A stretch of DNA of 64,000 nt from Chiloscyllium plagiosum. Its lineage: Eukaryota. The position numbers and the translations under genes were made by a program. The stretch covers positions 46,357,609-46,421,608 of the forward strand of contig NC_057730.1 in NCBI RefSeq assembly GCF_004010195.1. The letters are read 5' to 3'. Positions 38,313 through 49,112 of this stretch are shown here, one piece after another. The number at the start of each line of letters is the position of its first letter. Positions within the stretch are counted from its first letter, which is position 1. The notes below the pieces were generated by a model. That model was given only the letters and a program-made list of their open reading frames with translations, was not told the DNA's origin and did not search any database.

Positions 38313-40335
38313 TAGCTGGGGGTGTGGTTTTGAATCTTTTCCACTTGAAGGGGAAGGTACTTGGGGGTTTGTGCTCATATTTAGGCTTGCTTTATTTGAA
38401 GCATCTGGACAGTAGCAGGTTTTAGGCATTTTTAACCCTAAAGTTCATAACTGCAGCCAAGACACACAGCACTTTACCTTTTTTGCCCTCTCAGTCTCCT
38501 CATTGAATGTCTTGTAATAGGCACAAGTAGGGATCAGGGCCAACAGTGTGGTTACTTTGTGTATGTGTCAGTACATGATCATTTGAGTGCACACTTCTCT
38601 GAATATAAAGGTTCATTCTACCAAAGTGTCTTACAGGTGAGTGCACACTTAAGGATGGATGGGTGATGTCCAGTAGTCTAGCATTCAAACTCTACCTCAT
38701 GCAATATATTTTCCCACCAGAATAATTTGCTAAGGACAGCTGTTCCAGTATAGAATTGGAATGAAATGTACTTAAGCATGATTTAGCTGTCTGAAACTGA
38801 TAATGACCCTAGAGAGCTGTGCAGAGTGTTCTCTTCATACTAATGAATGAATTATCCTCAAGCAAATTTTCCTTGGCCCATCCAATGTTGAAACCTTGTC
38901 TGACGACTACTTCTCCTATAATCTGTCAAAGTGTACAATGTTCAAATTCGAATGAAGTTGCTATCAAAACTTCATAGTTGTTAGCAGAAACACTAATTAC
39001 ACAACAGGAAAGTAAGACTGTTTGCATTTTCCTACTATTGACTGTTTGCTTTTGCAACAAAAAGGACTTTTTTAAACTTGATTTCATCACCCAATTTGTA
39101 TTTCTTGGATGCTGGTGTGAAATAGGTTATCTGGTTTGTGCTGGACTATGTATTTAATTATGCTGTAATGATGTTCCTCCCAATCAGTCATCTTGTCTTC
39201 CTCTGAAGCTGCTCTTCCAGCTCCTTGGCCAAAGTAATATCCCTCCTTGCTCCATTTGTGCAGAATGCAACACTTCATCTGGAGTATACTGAAGACCCTA
39301 TCACAGCAATCAAAACTAAGCTTGATAGGCCTGTCCTCTGTTCTGATGGTCCTAGTGAAAGCGCTGCATTCTTTCTGCATTCTCCCTCATTGTTTTGTTA
39401 AGAGAATCATCTACCATATTTAGAAAAGGTAGCCCTAGTCTTCTGAAAGCCATCTATTTGTGACATGTAGTCCTTGGAATGAGGTACAAGCTTGTGGTTA
39501 AAAAAAAATAGGCATTTTCAGATATGTGGCACAGACAACTTTTTAAGTTGTTAGGTGATGACCAGAGGAGTTACACATTAATCAGGTGGGGCCTGTTCCT
39601 GTTAATGAATTACCTCCTATTATAATATGCCATTCAAAGAGACAGTTCTGCAGTACCTCAGACTTGGAAATGACCAATGCTTGGAAAATCCCACTGTCAA
39701 AATTGCAGCATTGATCTTTTCATGAGGTGATGAAGGTCATAGTCGTACAGCATAGATACATCCTCTTCAATCCAGCAAGTCCGTTATCATTTCTGCTATA
39801 TTACTTTTATATCTTAAATCTATGGGTTGAAGACTGGGATATTCTACATGGTCCTCGGTGGACCCTTGGAATGATCCAGTTTTAGAAAAGTTTAAGCTAG
39901 AATGGGGTACCCACCTTCCCCTTTAGTGTGAGTCCTGCAGCAGGACCAATCTATTCTGTTACCCTGACATATCCTCAGTTTTCACCTGGAGAAAATTAGT
40001 GAGGACATTAGGTTCTGATTCTCCTTCTCCACTTCTTGGGTGAGCTTCTATGGCTACTTTCCGCTGAAGGCTGCGACTGTTTTTGTTGGGTCTTTTTCTC
40101 CTGCCTCTTTGTCTTCGTCGAACTTGCACAGCAGCAGAAGCACTCACCGTTCCAAAAGGAATGATGCACATCCTATATGAGGGGAGAGTCTGAAACAATA
40201 CGGGCCGAGTTCTGAAGTGTAACTGGACTCAACTTTAACTCTACTTTCTCCTCACAGATGCTACTAAATTTGAGTTTCTCTAGAAATTTGATTTTAGTTT
40301 AGCTTCTGTAATGTGATTTCTGGGCAGTTAGCGTG

Positions 40336-41220
40336 AGGTGCTGGAAAAGCACAGCAGGTCAGGTAGCATCTGAGCAGCAGGAGTGTGGTGCTGGAAAAGC
40401 ACAGTTGGATGCTGCCTGACCTGCGACTCCCTGGTCAGATCCATGCCCCTTAACATCCATCCCTCCGAGCACCTTCCTCTGCCACAGCAGGAATTGCAAA
40501 ACCTGCGCCCTCACCTACCCCCCTCACCTCCGTCCAAGGCCCAAGGAACCTTCTACGTCCATCAAAGCTTCACCTGCACTTCCACACATGTCATTTACTG
40601 CATCTGTCGCTCCCGATGCGGTCTCCTCTACATTGGGGAGACCGGACACCTACTTGCAGAACGCTTCAGGGAACTTCTCCGGGACAATCATACAAATCAA
40701 CCCTGCTGCCATGTGGTCGAACACTTCAACTCCCTCTCCCACTGTGCCAAGGACATGCAGGTCCTGGGCTGCCTCCAAGGCCACTCCCTCACCATCCGAT
40801 GCCTGAAGGAAGAACACCTCAGCTTCTGCCTCTGATGCCACCTTACGCCAGCACCATCCTCCTGACCAGTCCCACCTGTCAATCTTCCTTCCCACCTATC
40901 TGCTCCACCCTCCTCTCTGACCTACCACCTTCACCCCCACTTCCATCCACCTATTGCACTCTCAGCTACCTTCCCCCAGTCCCACCGCCTCCCATTTATC
41001 TCTCTACCCCCAAGGCTCCCAGCCTTACTCTGATGAAGGGCTTTTGTCCAAAATCTCGATTTTTCCTGCTCCTCTGCTGCCTGACCTGTGCTTTTCAAGC
41101 ATTACTCTAATCTTGACTCTAATCTCTAGCATCTGCAGAACCCACTTTCACCTGCTGTACTTTTCCAACACCACTCTCTCGATTCTGATCCCTAGCATCT
41201 GCAGTCTTCACTTTCTACTA
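40336..41220 (+). mobile_element. Neptune-type Penelope element: Zn-finger linker, GIY-YIG endonuclease and pLTR
   Basis: CHSRNCKTCA, then FTCTSTHVIYCICRSRCGLLYIGETGHLLAERFRE...HFNSLSH; pLTR ctgatgaagggcttttgtccaaaa at ~41029; inverted pLTR piece at 40336-40405. Confidence 0.88.
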
Positions 41221-41399
41221 CTGGGCAGTTATACCAAACAAATGAGGTTTTATCATAGACTGCAATACACTGGCTTCAAATACTCTAAATATACAGTACA
41301 CAAGCCATGTTGGTGTAACATTGGGATGCCCCAATTCACCCAAGCAATAACATTGACTACAAGAGCCCATGCTCTTCCTTGTAAGTGTTCACTGAGGAT

Positions 41400-41830
41400 T
41401 TCTTTATTCATTCCCAGGATGAGGGCATCACTGGTTAGGCCAGCATTTATTGCCAATCCCAGAGGGCAGTTACGAGTAAACCACAATGCTATAGTTCTGG
41501 AGTCACACGTAGGCCAGACCAGGTAAGGATGGCAGTTTCTGACCATAAGAAATAGAAGCAGAAATTAGAACATTCAGCCCATCAAGCCTGCTCTGCCATT
41601 CAATCAGGCTAATAGGTTTCTCAACTCTATTCTCCCACTTTCTCCCGTAACCCTTGATTTCCCTTTACAATCAAGAACCTATCTAACTCTGTCTTAAATA
41701 CATTCAATGACCTGGCCTTCATCTCCTTCTGTGGCAGTGAATTCCATAGATTCACCACTCTCTGGCTGAAGCTTCTCCTTGAAATCATATTCCACCATCT
41801 GCCATGGCAAGATTCAAGCCTGTATCCCCA
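41400..41830 (-). mobile_element. LINE 3' end with a nested CR1 3' fragment (41545-41780)
   Basis: FSQRVVNLWNSLPQK...FKTELDRFL with a cttatg tail, inside a ccagcatttattgcc-type LINE end. Confidence 0.7.
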
Positions 41831-42249
41831 GAACATTACCTGGTTCTCTCGATGACAAGGCCATTGCCTTCCAGCTTTTGAGGGCTTGTCTCTCTATAGA
41901 CTCTTCAAAATATGCTTGAGAATCAGTGATTCCAAGTAAGACTTGAGCAGAAGTGATCACTGGCAAACTTCTGAAATGCAAGAATTAAATGGTCATGATT
42001 ATTAGTGTGCCCAAGATTTATTGTGTACACTATTTGTTAATCCATGAGCTGCACATGTGCCATCACTACATACAGCTGCGTGATTTAAAGGGAATTATCC
42101 TTTTGAAGGACCTCTTGTTGCAAACAAACCAACTGTACCCCCACAGGCAAAACAAAATTGCTCTACCTACTGCACTGGCAGCTATTTTCCATCCTCTACC
42201 TTGTGCAGAGTGGAAGATGCTATGCTATCCAGCTTCTCCTGAGGATAAT

Positions 42250-42980
42250 ATAGCAGGCTGCACCTGAGCTTGAGATCTGCTCCATCTTCAAGTTGCTTTT
42301 TTAAAACTGTCACTGTCAATCACTTCAGCTGTCAAGTTCCTTGCATTTCAATCAGCCCTCTTCTATTTGACATTATTTTCCCCCTCAGCCTGTGGCCTAC
42401 TGCATTTTCATGCACTAACCCCTGCAGTTTCCCAGACTCGAGCCAGGGTGGTAGTGACTACGGCAAACCTGTTCTGCAGTTCCCAAGCCTTCCAGTGTTC
42501 TACAGGATTCTGCCTTTTCTTGTTTTGGAGTTGCTCTTTCACAGTCCTTATCCCATTCTCAGACTTGCATTTCTTCTTTTTATTCAACGTAGCATGGACT
42601 CCCCAACCCCACACTGACTTGAGGATTACCCAGTTCCTGGGCTGGAAGTACATGGATCCCTGAACTCTGATCACAAAGCACTCCGATATGGCCACCATCC
42701 TGGACGAGAACAAACAATGCATTTGACGATGTGGCAGCATCCCCAGAGTGGCCATACTTCATCTTTTGCTAGGTTTTCCAACATGGTCGTCATCATTCTC
42801 TCTCCAGTCATTGTTTATTCTGCTGTGTGGAACTCTTGAGGTATGCTTTGGCATACTAGTCTGGATAAGGACCCACCCAAGTGGCAATTTAGATGGATCC
42901 TTGGCTGCTTTAGTTGAAGCTTGTGCAGTTTGTGGTGATAGCTGGCAAATGCTGGGCATGTGACATTGACAGTCTAGTAT
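42250..42980 (-). mobile_element. possible decayed Gypsy gag/protease relic
   Basis: Minus strand: knuckle-like KYGH...QDGGHIGVLC, followed downstream by protease-like SSGAACYII; weak. Confidence 0.3.
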
Positions 42981-43523
42981 AAAATAGCATTGTTACTGCA
43001 CCATGACCGTTCCCTACTGACAATTTGCTTGGTCTTCTATATGAAGTGAGTCAAGCTGTGATTCTGAAGTTGATGGTCAATTTAAGAACAAAGCTACGTT
43101 ACTGAGCAGCATGCTAAGTCATCTCAAATTGAATGGGCACTAAGAAAGCAAGCAATAGGACCTGAAGTGGGTGTGTCCTTGCACACAGGGACCGGAAAAA
43201 ATTGCAATTAAAGGTGGCAGTGAGCTCAAATTATGAAGTGTATTGAGTTGGAGGTTGGCTGAACATCAGTCTCACCACATCTTGGACAAGGCCAACTTCC
43301 ATGGATAAAGTGTGTGGTGATTGTAGTGCAGTCAGCCAGATGGACCTCATTAGATTGGGTTCCCTGATTGGACAAGGTTAATAATCCCAATCAGTGAACC
43401 CAGCTGACAGATTCACTGGCCACTCGGGTGTTTCTTCTTCCTGGTGGTGGAAATTCGAATAAAGATTCGTGCACCTTGTAGAGAAAAAAAAAAATTTTTT
43501 CAAATAACCAGGAGTGTTCAGAG

Positions 43524-44270
43524 GGTGGGTAGGCCACCCTGATGCCAGTCGACAGAGAGCCAGATAGTGGGTAGGCCATTCTGAGCGCTGTCATCCCGAG
43601 AAGGGGTGATCAGGATGGGCTGTCCTAGAGGTGGTCAAAAGGTAGCCGAGAGCCAGAAGGCGCGTAGGGGCAGGTTGAGATCCGGAAGATTTGTGGGCTA
43701 CCCTGCACGCAGTCATCCCAGAGAAGGGGACGGGCTGTCCTAGAGGTGGCCGGAAGGTGTGCCAGGTTAGCCCACTGGCCGGAAGGATGCATTGGGGTGG
43801 GTGAGCGCCCAATGGTACGCAGGGGCAGACAGAGAGCCAGAAGGTGGGTAGCCGTCCTCCGCACTGTCAGTCTGGGCAGGTTGCCCCAGAGATGGTCGAA
43901 AGAGTGTGTCAGGGCGGACCAAGAACTGGAAGGGGCATGGGGTGGACTGAGAGCTGGAAGGTGGGTAGGGGCGGGCTGCCATAGAGTGGTCGGAAGGTGG
44001 GAGGGACGGATGCTTGCTGGGTCTGTATTGTATGCACTGTTTATGTAACTGGATTAGCTTTTTATGTACAAATGTCATTGTCACTGTCTTGTCATATGTG
44101 AAACTGGGATTTGGGGTTTGTCCTCATTTCCCTGTAAACTGGTTGAACGGTAGGGTTTGTGGCCTAGCTTTGCTGCTCCTCTCTCTTGTAAAATTGCTGT
44201 TCCATACAGCTGTAAATGTTAACTGTTTTTAGTAAAGTGTTTTGTAATTGCTTAATAAAATTAAAAAAAA
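43524..44270 (+). mobile_element. GC-rich, internally repetitive poly(A)-tailed retroposon 3' end
   Basis: Imperfect repeats (agagccaga..., gtcatccc.agaagggg...gggctgtcctagaggtgg), AATAAA at 44254-44259 and an A-tail, bounded by taaccaggagt repeats. Confidence 0.55.
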
Positions 44271-44281
44271 TAACCAGGAGT

Positions 44282-44662
44282 ATTTTACGTTAGAGCCCAG
44301 GTGTCTCTGGAAAAGGAACACGTGGTGACCACCAACACCCTTGAGCTATTCAGGGAGAGGTGGGCGCCGCAGGGAGTGGAGTGCATTATTTCCCCCTCCA
44401 ACTCTTATTTTGATTTGATCCCTGCCCTCCCCTTCACTGTTTGATCACACAACATTGTCCTTTGATGTGAAGGGCATTGCTTGTCACTGGCCACTCGGGT
44501 GTTTCCTTTCTTCCTGGTGTTGGAAATTTGAATAAAGATTTGTGCACCTTGTATCTTTCACTGTGTCTCACACCTGTGCGCGCGCGCACACGTGGGTGCT
44601 GGGGAAAAAATACGCGCTACCGCAGTTTGGCAGTAGTGTGGGGGTAAAAAGGGGAAAAAAAA
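44282..44662 (+). mobile_element. Tx1-like (L1 clade) non-LTR retrotransposon 3' end
   Basis: YVRAQVSLEKEHVVTTNTLELFRERWAPQGVECII resembles the Tx1 ORF2 C-terminus; 3' UTR with AATAAA and an A-rich tail; 44484-44553 is duplicated at 43413-43480. Confidence 0.7.
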
Positions 44663-44711
44663 TAAACAAGAGTGTCAGAGGTTCTGTTTTTTAAAAAAAA
44701 AATAACCGGGA

Positions 44712-45022
44712 GTGTTGTAGCTCAGTGGTTAGCATTGCTGCCTCTCAGTACCAGGGGCCAGTGTTCAATCCAAATCTCTGGCGATTGTGGAGTTTGCACA
44801 TCCTCCCTGTGTCTGTGGGTTTCCTTTGCATGCTCTGGTTTCCTCCCACAATCCAAGAATGTGCAGGTCAGGTGATTTGGTTCTGGAATATGTAGGTTAG
44901 GTGCATTAGGGATAGACGTAGAGGAAAAAAGGTAGGAGAATGGGTCTGCGTGGGTTAGTCTATGGAGGATTGGTGCTGACTGTTAGCACCAAATGGCCTG
45001 TTTCCACACTGGGATTCTGATT
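44712..45022 (+). mobile_element. HE1/V-SINE
   Basis: gtagctcagtggttagcattgctgcctc head and V-domain. Confidence 0.85.
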
Positions 45023-45156
45023 TCTTTCTTTTGAAAAAAAAGGAAGTGTCAGAGATTCTGTTTTCTAAGAACTGCCTGAGAAAGCTGGCTCAGTGTCCAA
45101 GACCTGTGTAAAGAAAGGGTGGCTTAGTGACAGGATTCGTGCCTCTGTTTATTTTA

Positions 45157-48100
45157 GTGGAAACGAGAAATGCATGCTGTTGGGGGGGAAAAGTTCACTC
45201 CCCAGTCTGAGCTGGGTGTAAACATTTCTGGTATCATGCCATTATTTGGGAAGCTTGACTTGTTTGATCCTGCCTTCGAAGACTGGGCCCAGAATGTGGA
45301 AAGAATATGCTTTTTTTTATGTGGGCAAATGACATTTGAGGCAGAGTAATAAATAATACTCTTGGCAGCGGCTGGTGAACCTGCAGCTTTTTCACTTATT
45401 AGGTTAACTTTTCTTGAGGCACCAGATGCTGAAATCTTTCAAGAGTTGACAGATTTAGTTATGAAATGTTTGACCCCAAGCCACATCTAATTCTGAGATG
45501 CTATTGGTTTTACTTGGCGATTTGAGAACCAGGGGAATCCGCATCAGGATTTCTGACTAGGTTAAAATGACTGGCAGAGGCACTATGTTGTCTTAACCCT
45601 TAATAAGATACTGACCCCCATTTGGTATGTGGGATAATGCAAAATCACCTAGCTGTAGTCCAACTGGACTTCAAACAGGCACTACAACTGGCTTTATCAT
45701 TGGCAAATATGGTAACTGGTTGGCTGAGTTGCAGGATATTCTGATACTGTCACCTGTCTGAGTTTGGGGGAACACGATTTGGGTGAAGGCAATTGCATAG
45801 CCTCATTTGGGATACATCCTGAAGAGAGGGATTCTGGGTCAACCCACAGCAAAACTCCAAAACAAAGCCAAGCCTAACCAAACAGTTAACTTTCTTCAGG
45901 ATCCGGCTTGGCAAGCGATTGTAATTGCTGCTGGTATGTGGACTTGAGAGCAAAAGAGTCCTACTAGATGTAAATGGAGTAAGAACTCCTAGGCTACTAT
46001 TCAGGAGAGTGCACATCCTAGAAAGTCCACCTACAGCTGGTTCAGAACAATTTAAATTGGTTCTGATTTGTGTTAAACAATCAAAATTCCGATTAAATGG
46101 TCACCCAGTTCTAATGGAGGTTGATACTGGCACAGCTGTATCAGTAATTGCAGAACCAGTCTTTAATTCGCTCTGGGCTCCAAACCTCAAGGTTAACTTT
46201 AGTTCTGGTCTCATGAGATACAGCTGGTTCTGTTACCTACTGATGAAAATGCTGTGGCCAAAGCCTGATGGGGTGAATTTGGTTGAGAAATTCACCTTGA
46301 TTGGCGCAACACTTCTCGATCAAAAAAATGGCTGCTGAGTGAAGTCATAATTACCTGGAAGACTTTCAGGAATATCTTGGGAATATGAAGTGTCAAGGCT
46401 ATCTTGCATGTTGCCTAGGAAGCAGTGCCATGATTCTGCAAGGCGTACCCAGTGCCATTTACCTTGCATGCAAAAGTAGAGGCCAAAATCAGAAGGCTGG
46501 AAAGTAAAGGAATCATCAAACTAGTCCAGTTTGCAGAATGGATAGCACTGGTCATGCCAATTTGTGAAACCTTAAATGATAAATTGCTTCTCTCAGTTGG
46601 ATAAACACTTGATCCTTTGCATAGATGATTTATTCACAAAGCTGGCAGGATGGTTGTCCTTCAAGAAGTGTGGCTCATGTCCAGCTTACCTGCAATTGTG
46701 GTTAGCTGAGTCCCAGATGTATACTACAATTAATAACCATAAGAGTTTGTACCAGCGTCAGACTGCTATTTGTGGTATCATTGTCTGCTGAAAAAGTGGC
46801 AGTGTCTAATGGAGAAAATTTTATAAGGTCTTTCCCCGAATCACAATTTATCTAGATGACCTGCTAATAACAGGAAAAACCAATAAGCAGCATGTAAAGA
46901 ACTTGGGCCCTAGATGTCTCCCCAAGGTAGGCATATGACTTTAAAAGGGAAAGTGTGTTCCAGGCATCCAAAGTGACTGACTTGGACTACAGAGTCAACA
47001 AGACTTAGGTAACCCTCATGATCTTCCAATAGGTGCAATCAAAGGTGTGTGTGTATGTGTGTCTTTTAATGGGAAGTTCATACATAATCTGGCCTCCATC
47101 CTGGCACCCTTATATCTGTGGAAAAAGTTTCAGCCTTGGAAAGGTCTGAGCCATGATGTAGTCTTTAAGAAATTGAAGAAACTATCTTCTAAGATGTTGG
47201 CATACTCTGACTTCAAGCGAGATCTGATGTTGACATATAATGCCTCCCTTTACAGAATTGGAATAGTATAGTCTCCAAGATCTCCCAAAAGAGAGGAATG
47301 GCTGATACCATGTGCCTTCTGGATTCTGGCTAATGCAGAGCACAAGTATGCCCAGATGAGGATGGAAAGTTTGGTCATTTTGAGGCAGTTCCACTAATAC
47401 TTTCACAAATTTGCATCTGTAATAGTAACAAGCCATGGCCCCTGCTAGTACTAATCCAGAGGTCAAGACCTTGCTGCCCATAGTTTCAGGTCAAGGTCAG
47501 CAGGGACACTCTCTAAATGTTTATCATTACAAGTTTGAACAACGTCTGGGATGCCTCGAGCTGCCTTCTGATGGTGCCACCACTGGAAGAGTCCATTCTG
47601 ATTTTAAACCTTCCGGACACCCTTCTGGTTTCTGACCATATCCGACTGGACCCAAAAGGTTCCAGTCTTGGTAAAAGTAAAACAGCTGGTGGTGATGGAG
47701 GAAACTAAAGGGCCAAAGCACCTGGAATGGAAACCCCTCTGGACCCAGAGAGACCAGATCGTAATAGAGGGCAGCATTCCATTATGGGGAGCAAGTGTGG
47801 TTGTCCCAAGTTTTTTTTTAAAAATACTGCCACATATTGGCTGAGTTCCTCCAGGGTCATCAAGGACTATCCAAAATGAAAATGATGACCAGAATTGGGT
47901 GCAGACATAACTGGTGGAGTAGTGCCAAGAATACCAACAATCGAAAAGAACTTACCATCAGCTTCCCCCATATTTATGGGAATGATCAGTACACCCTGGA
48001 CTCTGTTCACATGTGATCCTTTTTATGGGTGCAACTTTCTTGTCATTGGGCATGCCCTATCAAAATGGTTAGAATTTTCATTTGTCAAACACTGGGTTGA

Positions 48101-48500
48101 TAATAAAGCTGCCAGCATCATATGCAATATGTGGGCTCCCAGATGTATTGGTCCCGGATGACAGGCTATTGTTTCACCAGCAGGGAATTGGAGTATTTCC
48201 TAAAGTCAAATTGTACTCTTTATATAAGGACAACTCCATACCATCTGTCAGCCAATCGTCTGGCAAAAAGAGCTGTCCAAACTTTGAAGGCAGGTTGGGG
48301 GGAGCGTGGCGCGATGAACTGGCATTTGTTGAAAATAAGACTTTTTAAGAGAGACCACTTCAGTGGACAAGGTTTGTTGTAGGAACCATAGTAAAGGCCC
48401 CGCATGGTTAAGAGGCATGGCTGATGCAATGTCAGGTCCTGTGCCATACAAACCTCATTTAAGTGAGGCAGTTCTGAACAAGCACTTGGACTTGTCGTGA
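45157..48500 (+). mobile_element. decayed Gypsy (Mag-like) LTR retrotransposon internal region; no 3' LTR seen
   Basis: gag MPLFGKLDLFDPAFEDWAQNVER (ATG 45236), protease LNGHPVLMEVDTGTAVSVI (DTG 46123), RT IYLDDLLITG (46846), integrase FTSRELEYFLKSN...TPYHLSANRLAKRAVQTLK. PR-RT-RH-IN order, with many stops and frameshifts. Confidence 0.9.
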
Positions 48501-48980
48501 CAATTCTTGTCACTGGTGCTGAAGCATTGGGAAGAATCTATTTTTTGTTTTTGCTGTTTGAAAGTCCTTCATTGACTTCCACGTATAGTTTTTTTATTTT
48601 TTGTTTCCTATAATAAACTGCTTGTTTCAAAATACTTGGCAGCCTCGTGAATATCTTCAGTGAGTAACTGCCATGGTAATGAACTAAAGAAACTTGATTG
48701 ATCAAGCCAGATTTTATTCTGGAATTTGACCTGTTCAGAACACACCTCTGCTATTTTTACAACAGTGGGTTTTGTGGCACCTGTTTTAAACATGAACGAT
48801 ATTTTGCAAATTAACAGTTTTACCTTTTAATTACCTCAAGCTCTGTAGATGAAGTATGCTGTCAAGTATCAACGGGGGACAGGTTTTTAAGAACTGGCTA
48901 ATGTTCTTAAGATTTTTAATTCTGTCCCCCTTAGTGGCTCATTATTGTACAAATATTCCTCTGCAGGTTTTAAGGGCACC

Positions 48981-49112
48981 ATGTCTCGCCGTACCAGAAA
49001 TAATCGTGCCTGGCGGTATGTGTACAGTGGTATTCGAGATGCTGATGCTGTGGCTGTAGTAATGCCTGATGGGTCAGTTGGTCCTGGTCCTGGCTATGAC
49101 TCAGATGGTCAG
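48981..49112 (+). CDS. SPSB3: SPSB3 first canonical coding exon (exon starts at 48967); spliced CDS 1071 nt = 356 aa
   Basis: cag|gttttaagggcaccATG; MSRRTRNNRAWRYVYSGIRDADAVAV...YDSDGQ|gtaggt. Confidence 0.9.

Larger units (their letters stand above)
43313..45156 (+). mobile_element. Gypsy 5' LTR split by stacked retroposon insertions
   Basis: TG start, CCAAT-containing left part to 43411, right part 45041-45156, immediately followed by a PBS-like tggaaacgag (45158-45167) and gag. Confidence 0.65.

Noticed and set aside
43500-45064. Recurrent taaccaggagtgt motif as a CRISPR-like array
   Set aside because: Eukaryotic DNA with irregular spacing of about 40-770 bp; the spacers are A-tailed retroposons, so TSDs explain it.
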